This document shows, piece after piece, positions 14,897-24,062 of a stretch of DNA of 64,000 bases. This DNA is from a virus, in IMG/VR virus record IMGVR_UViG_3300000117_000011, positions 1 to 64,000 of that record. One strand, written 5' to 3'. A model generated the notes under the pieces. It saw only the letters and a program-made list of their open reading frames with translations. It was not told where the DNA came from and searched no databases. Every line of letters begins with the position of its first letter. The first letter of the stretch is position 1. A program made the translations under genes and the position numbers.

Positions 14897-15341
14897 AGAT
14901 GTCATTACAGGTGCAGGTGTAATATGTTATTTTGATAATAGAAATAATTTAATTAAAGATTTAGATCAGGAAATCTTATATTTAGTTTTACAAGATTTTA
15001 GAAATAAATACGACTTTACTAAAGGAACAAAAGATAAAGGTGAAGAAGTTCTTGAGTGTGCGATAAGAGAGACTTACGAAGAGTCAAATTTAGATTCTTT
15101 TAATTTTGAAAAAATTTACAATCCTATTATCGCTAATAATAATTTAGTTATGTTTATGGGTCAAATTAAATATGAAACAATGATTCAAAGAAACGATATC
15201 ATAAAACTAAAAATTAACAAACAAATAAACAGTCCAGAGCATAAATCTTATAAGTTTTTAAGCTACAAAAATATTTTAAAAGTTGATTTGTATGAATATC
15301 TTTTACCATACTTAGAATCAGCACAAAATATTTTATATTAA
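14886..15341 (+). CDS. Nudix hydrolase (Ap4A hydrolase-like)
   Basis: AGVI...YDFTKGTKDKGEEVLECAIRETYEESNL Nudix box. Confidence 0.85.
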   Translation: MKIEDVITGAGVICYFDNRNNLIKDLDQEILYLVLQDFRNKYDFTKGTKDKGEEVLECAIRETYEESNLDSFNFEKIYNPIIANNNLVMFMGQIKYETMIQRNDIIKLKINKQINSPEHKSYKFLSYKNILKVDLYEYLLPYLESAQNILY

Positions 15342-15365
15342 ATTTAATTTTTATATACTTGTTTT

Positions 15366-16553
15366 ATGAGCAAGTCAAATTTATTTACGCTTGTTAACAA
15401 TTTTAACAAGCTTGTAGAAAAACAAAAAAACAGTAAAATAAGAATTATTCAAAATAATGCTGTTTATAATAACAAGAGTTTATTTTTAAATAGCTTAATA
15501 CAAGATGAGTATTTTAAACATAGTCCATATAGAAACATTATTTTAAATTATATTTTAAAAGCTGAGAGTTATTTAAAAGGTGGCTCTTACTTGCTTTTAA
15601 AACTTATGGTCTTAAAAATAAGAAAACTTGCTATAGATAAAAGCAATATTGATAAAAATTTATCTAATCTAGAAAAAGCAATACTGCAAAATTCAAGTAG
15701 CAAAAAAAATCATGAAGTCATAAAACAAATACTCAACTTTTCAGGCTCTGATAGTAGTATTCTATGTAAAAAAACTAAAAATAGTATAATAGAAGTTGCA
15801 AAAAATACACACCCAGAAATTTTTGTCAATATTGCTGAAGATTTTAATAGTTTGTATTTTAAAAATCAGAATAGCAGTACTAAAAACTTTTTGACTATTT
15901 GCATGGATGCTTATCTTGAAAGAGAAAGCGAAATATCGACTGTAATAAGTAAGTCAATTGAAAGTAGACAGCCTGTTATAGTTTTTGCAAGAGGTTATTC
16001 TGACAATTTTAAAAGAAACATTAAAAATATTATATTAAAAAGTAAAACATACATTTATTTGTATGAAGTTAAATTTGACAACAATGATCCTTTTCTATTA
16101 AGAGATATTGCAAGCATACTAGGGATGAAAGTTTACTCTTTAGAGTCAGGTGATAATATAGCAAAAGATTTACTTCAAAAATCAAAAAGCAATTATTTAA
16201 AAGTTTTCTCAAATAAAATCAAAATATTAAACCCTAACTTGAAAATACAAGAGGAATTAAACAAGCAATTGAAAGATTGCATAGACGTAGATTTAAGAAA
16301 ATATTTATTAAAAAGAAAAAAAAGATTAACATCAAACACTACTGAAGTTTTAATACCAGAGACAGAAATACAACTTTTCGAGGAAATAAAAAACGTTGTT
16401 CATTTCTACAACAATTCAGCAATATCAGGTTTTGTAGAATTTGAAGGTCTAATTTATCCTAAAAACACATTTAATTTTATTGATGTCCTTGCAGAAAGAC
16501 TTATAAATACTATAGATAACATTGAAGTTGTAGTTAAGTTAAAGGAGAGTTAA
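15366..16553 (+). CDS. degenerate GroEL/chaperonin-like protein
   Basis: Apical-domain-like segment (QPVIVFARGYSD...LRDIASILG...KKRL); no GDGTT motif; only 395 aa. Confidence 0.55.
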   Translation: MSKSNLFTLVNNFNKLVEKQKNSKIRIIQNNAVYNNKSLFLNSLIQDEYFKHSPYRNIILNYILKAESYLKGGSYLLLKLMVLKIRKLAIDKSNIDKNLSNLEKAILQNSSSKKNHEVIKQILNFSGSDSSILCKKTKNSIIEVAKNTHPEIFVNIAEDFNSLYFKNQNSSTKNFLTICMDAYLERESEISTVISKSIESRQPVIVFARGYSDNFKRNIKNIILKSKTYIYLYEVKFDNNDPFLLRDIASILGMKVYSLESGDNIAKDLLQKSKSNYLKVFSNKIKILNPNLKIQEELNKQLKDCIDVDLRKYLLKRKKRLTSNTTEVLIPETEIQLFEEIKNVVHFYNNSAISGFVEFEGLIYPKNTFNFIDVLAERLINTIDNIEVVVKLKES

Positions 16554-17021
16554 GTGTATCAAAAACATCTTATCGAATGTCAATGTACTTTAAGTATTTT
16601 TAAAAATAATAACAAAGTTGTTTATCACAAAATACCCGTCATATCTTTTTTTAATGAAAAAGACGAAGCAAAAGAAAAATATGTAATATGCAATAATTGT
16701 GGAATTGTTCATAGAGTTTATGAAGTTTTTAAAAGTGAAATTAAATGGGGAATGGAAGATTTAAAAAATCTTGTTAATACAAAAGAAGATATAGAGCAAA
16801 ACTTAAACTTTTTAGGTAAAAGTGAGATTGTTAATATTTTAAATAAAGAGCAGTCATATACCTGTGATTGGGAACTAGCTGAATATTTAATTGAAAATAA
16901 TTTAAGTGGAAATATAATTTTACAATCAACTGAGTCTGATAATAATATTGTACATAAGGTTTTAGAAATTAAAGGCGACAAACATCGTATTAAAAAAGAA
17001 ATTAATCAGAGGTATTTGTGA
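16554..17021 (+). CDS. hypothetical Zn-ribbon-like protein
   Basis: CQC and CNNC..H motifs; tightly packed in the operon. Confidence 0.65.
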   Translation: MYQKHLIECQCTLSIFKNNNKVVYHKIPVISFFNEKDEAKEKYVICNNCGIVHRVYEVFKSEIKWGMEDLKNLVNTKEDIEQNLNFLGKSEIVNILNKEQSYTCDWELAEYLIENNLSGNIILQSTESDNNIVHKVLEIKGDKHRIKKEINQRYL

Positions 17022-17236
17022 ATAATCTTGATCCAAAAAGCGAAAATGACTTGAAGTCAATCAATAAAGCTAGAGATATTCGTAAAGAAATACTAGACTT
17101 TGGGATTAGTCAAAAAGAAATTATCAAGCTAATTGAACTGCTTTGCTTAGAATTGGAAGATACAAAAATTATGCGAGAAGTCTTGTCAGTTGTAAAACCT
17201 ACTAAAAAAGAAGAAAAACCAAAATTATTATTATAA
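17018..17236 (+). CDS. hypothetical protein
   Basis: GTGA-coupled ORF with GAGGT RBS. Confidence 0.65.
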   Translation: MNNLDPKSENDLKSINKARDIRKEILDFGISQKEIIKLIELLCLELEDTKIMREVLSVVKPTKKEEKPKLLL

Positions 17237-17248
17237 AAGGATTTTAAA

Positions 17249-17455
17249 ATGGAAGAAAGATTAGAAGAAGTAGCAGTATCACCAGAATCTGTTCAAGAAT
17301 ATTATAGTTCATTAAGACTACTTGTAGAAACTATGGAGTCAGATGCACTCAAGTCAGAAAGAGGAAACAAAGCAGCCGGAGTAAGACTTAGAAAAAGTCT
17401 AAGGCATTTAAAGAAATTTTCAGGTGATTTTGTTAAGTTTACTTTAGAAAGTTAG
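17249..17455 (+). CDS. histone H1-like (Hc1-family) small protein
   Basis: DALKSERGNKAAGVRLRKSL motif. Confidence 0.75.
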   Translation: MEERLEEVAVSPESVQEYYSSLRLLVETMESDALKSERGNKAAGVRLRKSLRHLKKFSGDFVKFTLES

Positions 17456-17707
17456 ATCTATTTTTTTTCTTAACTTTTCTACAATACTTTTCTCTATTTG
17501 ACAGACTCTCATTCTTGTTATATTAAAAAGATCACCTACTTCTTGCAAAGTGTGTGTATCTTTACTTTTGATTAGATTAATTACGCAATTATTGTTACTG
17601 CTATCTAAATCATGCCAGTATCTACATGATTTATTTTTACAGCTTTTATTTTTATTTTGATGGGCCTTAAAGCACGTAACGCTTTTTTGAGAATTAATTT
17701 TATCCAT
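17444..17707 (-). CDS. stand-alone sigma-70 region 4 HTH protein with Cys-rich N-terminus
   Basis: TLQEVGDLFNITRMRVCQIEKSIVEKLR matches region 4.2; four Cys upstream. Confidence 0.8.
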   Translation of the reverse strand: MDKINSQKSVTCFKAHQNKNKSCKNKSCRYWHDLDSSNNNCVINLIKSKDTHTLQEVGDLFNITRMRVCQIEKSIVEKLRKKIDLTF

Positions 17708-17746
17708 GTTTTAATAAACCTTTCTTTTAAGTTTAATATTTATACT

Positions 17747-17775
17747 ATTATAGAAAGCCAAGAAAGATTTTACTA
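17747..17775 (-). promoter_or_regulatory. probable early-type promoter of the sigma region-4 gene
   Basis: TAGTAA aatctttcttggctttc TATAAT: same GTAA-N17-TATAAT spacing as copies 1-4. Confidence 0.5.
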
Positions 17776-17779
17776 AAAC

Positions 17780-19096
17780 ATGCACGAAAATTCAAGAAAA
17801 ACTTTTGTAATAGATACTAGTGTTTTATTATATGACATGAATTCTCTTTTTAATATGAGTGGAAATGATATAGTAATACCTCTAGTTGTTCTCGAAGAGT
17901 TAGATAAGTTTAAAACCCGAGAGGGTTTGTTAGGTGAATATGCCAGATTTTTTAATAGATTTTTTGATGAACTAAGAAAGCTAGGAAGTCTTAACAAAGG
18001 AATATGGTATGAAGACTCAGATATTAATATCGTTGTATCTTCTAGTTATTATTGGGATAATATAGATTCTTTAGATAAAAGTACAAACGATAATAAAATA
18101 ATAGCATGCGCTAATTTAGCAAAAAGATACAATCCTTATACAGAAGTTATTGTTATAACTAAAGACATAAATCTTAGAGTAAAATGTGATGCTGTCGGAA
18201 TACTATCTAATGATTATTACGCAGATTATGAATTCATTCAAAAAGATAATCTTTACAAAGGATACGAAGAAATAATTACTTCACATGATATTATAAATTC
18301 AGTTTATACCAATAAAAAACTTTTAATAGACAAAATCCCTGAAATTGAAAAAAACAACGTTTTATTGACTGAAAATCAATTTGCTGTTCTTAGAACAGAT
18401 TACAATAATCAATCATGTCTTTCTGTTAAAAAAGGTGAATATATTTGCTTAGTCGAAAAAAATTCTAAGCTAGGAATAGAACCTAAAAATAAAGAGCAAA
18501 CTTTTGCTTTAGATCTTTTAATGGATGATAAAATATCACTTGTTTCATTGACAGGTATTCCTGGAAGCGGTAAAACTTATTTAGCTTTGATGACTGCACT
18601 TAAATTTATTGAAATGGAAAAAAAGAAAAGAATTATATTTACCAGACCAATTCAGACTGTCGGTAAAGATATAGGATTTCTGCCTGGTGACATAAGCGAA
18701 AAAATGTCGCCTTGGTTAGCGCCTATTGTTGATAATTTTAGGAATCAATTTGGTGATTTAACTTATTTTGAAATGATGATTGAAAAAGGTCAAATAGATG
18801 TTGCACCTTTATCACATATTAGAGGAAGAAGTTTTAACGACGCGATAATTATAGTTGACGAAGCTCAAAATGCAACTGTGCACGAGCTCAAAACAGTGAT
18901 TACAAGAACTGGTAAAAACTCAAAAATAATACTTTTAGGTGATATTGAGCAAGTTGATTTGCCTTATATTAATAAATTTTCTAATGGATTAACAATAATT
19001 GTTGAAAAATTAAAAAATGAAAAAATAACAGGACACGTTAATTTTGAAAAAGGCTATAGATCAGAACTTGCTAATATCGCTGCAAAAATAATATAA
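17780..19096 (+). CDS. phoH: PIN-PhoH (PhoH2/YlaK-like) protein
   Basis: VIDTSVLL...VLEELD...NDNKI...TKDINLR PIN domain; GIPGSGKT, GFLPGD, RGRSF, DEAQN, GDIEQ. Confidence 0.92.
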   Translation: MHENSRKTFVIDTSVLLYDMNSLFNMSGNDIVIPLVVLEELDKFKTREGLLGEYARFFNRFFDELRKLGSLNKGIWYEDSDINIVVSSSYYWDNIDSLDKSTNDNKIIACANLAKRYNPYTEVIVITKDINLRVKCDAVGILSNDYYADYEFIQKDNLYKGYEEIITSHDIINSVYTNKKLLIDKIPEIEKNNVLLTENQFAVLRTDYNNQSCLSVKKGEYICLVEKNSKLGIEPKNKEQTFALDLLMDDKISLVSLTGIPGSGKTYLALMTALKFIEMEKKKRIIFTRPIQTVGKDIGFLPGDISEKMSPWLAPIVDNFRNQFGDLTYFEMMIEKGQIDVAPLSHIRGRSFNDAIIIVDEAQNATVHELKTVITRTGKNSKIILLGDIEQVDLPYINKFSNGLTIIVEKLKNEKITGHVNFEKGYRSELANIAAKII

Positions 19097-19106
19097 GGAT
19101 AGTAAC

Positions 19107-19430
19107 ATGACAGCTAGTAAATATGATTTAAATCGATTTAAAAAAGTTTATCCTCTGATAAGAACAAAGCCCTTAATTCAAGAATTTACAGTTGTCGACG
19201 GTCTCGATGCAGAAACGACTATTTTAAATTATACAAATTCTCATGCGCAAACATATAATTTTGTAAGAAGTTATACAACAATACCCACAGTTTCAGCTAC
19301 ACCTGAAGATGAAAATGTTAATGTCTATATAACAAGTTTGTCTATTTCATCTGTTACTATAGAGAGTTCAGCGCCATTTACGGGTAAAGTACATTTGCAA
19401 ATTCTTAAGGACACAAGTCAAAATGTCTAA
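19107..19430 (+). CDS. small beta-rich structural protein
   Basis: Heads the structural operon; NVNVYIT motif shared with the next gene. Confidence 0.55.
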   Translation: MTASKYDLNRFKKVYPLIRTKPLIQEFTVVDGLDAETTILNYTNSHAQTYNFVRSYTTIPTVSATPEDENVNVYITSLSISSVTIESSAPFTGKVHLQILKDTSQNV

Positions 19431-19644
19431 CTATGAGCATGGTAGATTTATAATTGAGCAAGGAATTTACGATAAAACTGTGTATTTGAGCAATAGTTAT
19501 AACAATGAAATAGTTATTAAGTTATCGCCTATAAACAAAAACATTAATGTATATTTATCTGATGTTCAAAATAATTATTTTGTAGCATCTAAAAGTTCGA
19601 ATGAGGTGATAGAAGTTAGCTACGTAGTAATAGAAAGCGATTAA
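19423..19644 (+). CDS. small beta-rich structural protein (probable paralog of upstream gene)
   Basis: SP..NINVYLS aligns with TP..NVNVYIT. Confidence 0.5.
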   Translation: MSNYEHGRFIIEQGIYDKTVYLSNSYNNEIVIKLSPINKNINVYLSDVQNNYFVASKSSNEVIEVSYVVIESD

Positions 19645-19646
19645 TA

Positions 19647-22600
19647 ATGCCAAAAGATTTTTTAAGTAGTCAAATAAAGACTGGCCAAATCATAGGATCA
19701 GGCTCTCAGGACAGACCAGAAGTTGTAATTGTAAATGCTGATGCAACTGATGGCGTGGGAGGCATCAATGCTGACGTTTTAACAAGTAAAGCTGGAGATG
19801 ATGTATTTCTCTTTGTGAGTGGCACAATCGGAGGTAAAAATGCTTCAACGCCGAACTCAGTCTCAGTTTTTGGAGGCGATGTTGTTATAAGTGGCTCGTT
19901 ATTTGATGCTAACGGTGATTTAATAACTGGCGGAGGTGACGGCTTTCCAACTGGTTCAATAAATATTACGGGTTCAATAACACACACTCAAGGTGTAAAT
20001 ATAGGTTCTGCACCTGACGATGATTATACAGATGGGCTATTTACAGACTTAACAGAAAATACATTGCTTGGTGATGTTATTGATAGATTTAACGAAGTAT
20101 TAGGTAATTTAGCCCCAAAGCCGGCGCCTAATTTAAGCACGATAGCAGCAAGAAACGGCGGCAATCCATCATATTCAAAGTCTGGTTACCTTTCTTTCGG
20201 CGCGCTTAATCCTCAAGAAAGCTCTGGTTATAGTTCTGTCTTGAAAGAAATAAGCTCAGGGGATCCGACAGAAGATCTTCATTTTAGCGCTGTTAATGTC
20301 AACCAATTATACGAGCCAGTTGCATCTAGTCAAAATTTTCACAAGCTTGGTCTTACAGACGGGCAGCAAATTTTTGTAGGAGAATTAAATATTCATGTTA
20401 CAAATGATACATATACAAATTCTATTATAAACTATTCAGACACAGCTTTTAATGACGGTGACAAAGGTGAATTAAAACTTTATCGTAACAACACGTTGCT
20501 ACATACATTAGACTTATCAACTCTTCCTGCAGGCACAAGCTCAAGTTTAAATAATAACGGATCTGGTTTTTTTAGTATTACTGATAGTAGTTTTGGAAAA
20601 TTTTCAAATAACGAAGTATTTAACCTGTTTAGTCACAGAAATGCTATGTGGATTTTAGATCCAGCAGATCAAGTTAATGGATTAAATTTTGTTACAATAG
20701 TTCATGAAGTAGGTGCTGATGAAAGAACAACAACTTCTGCACAATGGGTTAATGATAACAATAACGACCCATTAACAGTTACGTCTTCTACCTTAGTTTT
20801 TAACACAACAGATACCACAGTTTCAGAAATAAAACATATATCAGGTGTAAAATATTTTAAAGGCGCAAGTTTAGACTACAGTGCTGATATTGAAAATTTT
20901 TATAAGTTTGTATATGATAAAACACCTGTAACTTTTAGTGCAAGTGAAAATGCAGGCTCAGCTAGCTTAAGCTTTTCTTCTTTCGTAATACCAGATATTG
21001 ATACTGCTACAGAAGATCATACTAAAACTTTGAGCATAACCTCTTCTAGCCAGATTGGTTTACCAAATAGTAATAGAATAATTACTAGTAATTCTGAGGG
21101 CTTTGGTATTGAGTCAAACATAACACACCCGTTAAAGAGTATTGCTTCTGTTGATACTATTAGCAGAGCTAGGGGTATTCTCATAGACAACGTTAATCCT
21201 ACAAGCACAGTCACTTTAGAAAACTTTGATGATGAAGATTATAGACTTATTATTGGTGATTATTTAAATCAAGCTGATATCAATACTGGTAACGAGTGGG
21301 ATGAAACACAGACATTAATTATCGGAAATCTAGGCTATGAAGATAGCTTGTTAATTCACAATGGTAAATTAATGTCAACAACTAATTCTTCAATTGTTAA
21401 TGGTGCTAATTTTTCTTCTTTAGATAACAGTCCTGCTAGCAATGTTGATTATTCTACTACCAATATAAAAGGTACAGCGAAATTTTATATTAGAAAATTT
21501 AAAAATGAAACAGAAAATTCAGTCAGAGATTTTAGTTATAGAATTTCTGGTAATAGCGAAATGCTTGAAGGAACAACGTTGTCTGATCCTACAAACAGTA
21601 TTAATGTTTCGTTTAAGATACCTGGAAAAACTGGCTGGATGGATGCAGCGAAGGACTTTATATACAACAATACATCAGACAGCGACGGTGGTAAAAACGG
21701 AACCTTTACGTCAGTTACTAATTCAAATCCAGAAAATTACTTTACTTTTGGAACGCAAGAGTTGTTAGATGACGAGTATATGATTGTTAGGGTAAGATCA
21801 AATAAATTGTGGTCTGGTAATTTAGAAAGCATTAGTGTAGACTTTAACGATGGTGTTGCAAATACAAATATAGTAAGTTTAACAGAAACAGACTTTTTAA
21901 ACATAGATAACAGTGTTGATGCTTCTAATGTTAAGTTAAGTTTTGGTACCTCGTTAGTTAAGAATCAAGATTATGAATACGAAACAACAGGCGACGTTAC
22001 TTTTTCTACTACACCAAATGATGGTTTAGGAGACGCTATTCAATATACAAAACATAATGACTACATAAGCACAACTCTTGACGGAACTTTTGTTCTAAGT
22101 TCGATTACAAATGAAAACTACTTTTCTTTAACAACACCTTCAACTTTAGCTGCTTCTCCTAACCCTATTGAAATTGTAACAAGCGGAGCAACAATACTTT
22201 ACGAGCTTAGTGATCCTAATGATTTATCAACAAAATCAGAAAGCTTATTGGCAAATAGCTTTTCTTCACACGGCATGCAATTTGAAGAAGATAAAGATTA
22301 TTATTTTTGGCGTGAGTCAGATAATCACTGGTATTTTAGTGAAACTAGTTTTCCACACGATCCAAACGGTACAGGACCATATGCAAATGTTACTGGAATT
22401 AGTGGTGTAGGTGTTGCTGATGCAAATAGTCAATACGTAGCTTCAACTTTAAGTAACGGTACTGTTAGAAAAGGTGTTTACGATGGCACACAGATAATTT
22501 CTGGAAGTATAAACGATAATATTTCTGGTCAAGGTACAAATAACAATAATTTTCCTGATAATGCGTGGGGTAGAGGAGAAGCGCATAAAGGAACGTTAAG

Positions 22601-24059
22601 GCTTGAGATAAATGGGGTTACTCATCAAACTATTGATCTATCAGATATTACAACTTCTGGAAGCTTTTTGACTAACAATAGTGGCCTAATAATTTCAGCA
22701 GCCGCACAGACAAAAGATAACAATGATCTCTCAGACTACCGATATTTTTATAGAACTGGCACTATTCAAATAGATCCAACACATCAAAGGCTTGGCTGGA
22801 ATTATGCTAGAGTATTGCATGAAATAGACGGAAGCACAACTGACACTACTAACTATGTAGAATGGGTAAACAATGACGCAGACGGACCTAATTTTGAATC
22901 AATATCAAATAGTAGCCTATTAAGCTCTATTACAGAGTCTAGCGGGACATTTAGCGAGCCATTATCAGGTATATTTTATTTTCATACACCTGTAGGAACT
23001 TTATCGCAAGAAGTAAATGATGTATACAAATATGTCTATAGTCCTGAAAGTAATGCTATTAACTATAGCACTTCAAACATATCAGTTAATTCAATAGCAG
23101 TTTCAGGTGATGGTGTAAATAATAGTACAGTTAACAGTTCTTCTAGAACTTTGCCAAGCTTAGATACCAGTGTAACAGACGCATTTGATAAAAGCATTAC
23201 CATTGAAGCTGATTTTACATACCAGAGTACAGTAAGTTTGCCAGGCAATTTAATATCTGCAGACCTAAACTACACTGTTAAACATCCTATGGGTGATGCT
23301 AGTTCTGGTCAAATTAATCTCCCGAAGCCTTTAATATATAGAATTAATGATACAGAAACAGCTGTTATTGAAGATTTTTCAGCTGAGACTTATAGACTTC
23401 AAGACGATACGTTTGGATATAGTCAGCAATCTGCTATTGCTTCTGGATCATGGGACTCTTCAGAGAGTTTAGTCGGTAATAACGTTGGTCACTCTGGTGG
23501 TTTGCAAGTATTCAACAATCAGTTGATATATCCCGCTATAAATTTTTCAAACGATTTGTCATCTTTGTTTGTAGGGCCGATTAATAATTCTGACTATTCA
23601 AATGCAAGTGCGACTAGCGAAAGAACTTTTTTAAGAAAGTTTCAAAATACTACAGCTAGCTCATTAAAAGGTTGTAAAATTCAAATAAAAGGACAAGGCT
23701 CTAAAATTTCAAACAAAGCTTTCGATAACTCATTAGGATCTTACGATCTAAATTCAGATGAAATTAAAGTTTTTGTCAAGATACCTGGACAAACAGGCTT
23801 CCTTGATATTGCAATACCATGGACATCAGGACAATATAACGATGGAGATGGCAGTTTATCTGGAGATTTAAGCAGTGTTATTACTAATATAAATACAAGT
23901 GTAACAGAAGATAATGTAACCAGAACAATCCAGGGAACAGAAAATAATATTACTTTTGGTGTAAAAGAAGTTTTATCTAACGAGTTCATAATAATTAATA
24001 TAATTGCAAATGATTCTTGGTCTGGTAATTTAAATAGAATTGAAATAGTTTGGAGCTAA
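19647..24059 (+). CDS. large virion structural protein with internal tandem duplication
   Basis: 1470 aa, S/T/N/G-rich; two units each ending KIPG.TG..D.A...TFG...WSGNL..I. Confidence 0.75.
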   Translation: MPKDFLSSQIKTGQIIGSGSQDRPEVVIVNADATDGVGGINADVLTSKAGDDVFLFVSGTIGGKNASTPNSVSVFGGDVVISGSLFDANGDLITGGGDGFPTGSINITGSITHTQGVNIGSAPDDDYTDGLFTDLTENTLLGDVIDRFNEVLGNLAPKPAPNLSTIAARNGGNPSYSKSGYLSFGALNPQESSGYSSVLKEISSGDPTEDLHFSAVNVNQLYEPVASSQNFHKLGLTDGQQIFVGELNIHVTNDTYTNSIINYSDTAFNDGDKGELKLYRNNTLLHTLDLSTLPAGTSSSLNNNGSGFFSITDSSFGKFSNNEVFNLFSHRNAMWILDPADQVNGLNFVTIVHEVGADERTTTSAQWVNDNNNDPLTVTSSTLVFNTTDTTVSEIKHISGVKYFKGASLDYSADIENFYKFVYDKTPVTFSASENAGSASLSFSSFVIPDIDTATEDHTKTLSITSSSQIGLPNSNRIITSNSEGFGIESNITHPLKSIASVDTISRARGILIDNVNPTSTVTLENFDDEDYRLIIGDYLNQADINTGNEWDETQTLIIGNLGYEDSLLIHNGKLMSTTNSSIVNGANFSSLDNSPASNVDYSTTNIKGTAKFYIRKFKNETENSVRDFSYRISGNSEMLEGTTLSDPTNSINVSFKIPGKTGWMDAAKDFIYNNTSDSDGGKNGTFTSVTNSNPENYFTFGTQELLDDEYMIVRVRSNKLWSGNLESISVDFNDGVANTNIVSLTETDFLNIDNSVDASNVKLSFGTSLVKNQDYEYETTGDVTFSTTPNDGLGDAIQYTKHNDYISTTLDGTFVLSSITNENYFSLTTPSTLAASPNPIEIVTSGATILYELSDPNDLSTKSESLLANSFSSHGMQFEEDKDYYFWRESDNHWYFSETSFPHDPNGTGPYANVTGISGVGVADANSQYVASTLSNGTVRKGVYDGTQIISGSINDNISGQGTNNNNFPDNAWGRGEAHKGTLRLEINGVTHQTIDLSDITTSGSFLTNNSGLIISAAAQTKDNNDLSDYRYFYRTGTIQIDPTHQRLGWNYARVLHEIDGSTTDTTNYVEWVNNDADGPNFESISNSSLLSSITESSGTFSEPLSGIFYFHTPVGTLSQEVNDVYKYVYSPESNAINYSTSNISVNSIAVSGDGVNNSTVNSSSRTLPSLDTSVTDAFDKSITIEADFTYQSTVSLPGNLISADLNYTVKHPMGDASSGQINLPKPLIYRINDTETAVIEDFSAETYRLQDDTFGYSQQSAIASGSWDSSESLVGNNVGHSGGLQVFNNQLIYPAINFSNDLSSLFVGPINNSDYSNASATSERTFLRKFQNTTASSLKGCKIQIKGQGSKISNKAFDNSLGSYDLNSDEIKVFVKIPGQTGFLDIAIPWTSGQYNDGDGSLSGDLSSVITNINTSVTEDNVTRTIQGTENNITFGVKEVLSNEFIIINIIANDSWSGNLNRIEIVWS

Positions 24060-24062
24060 ATA

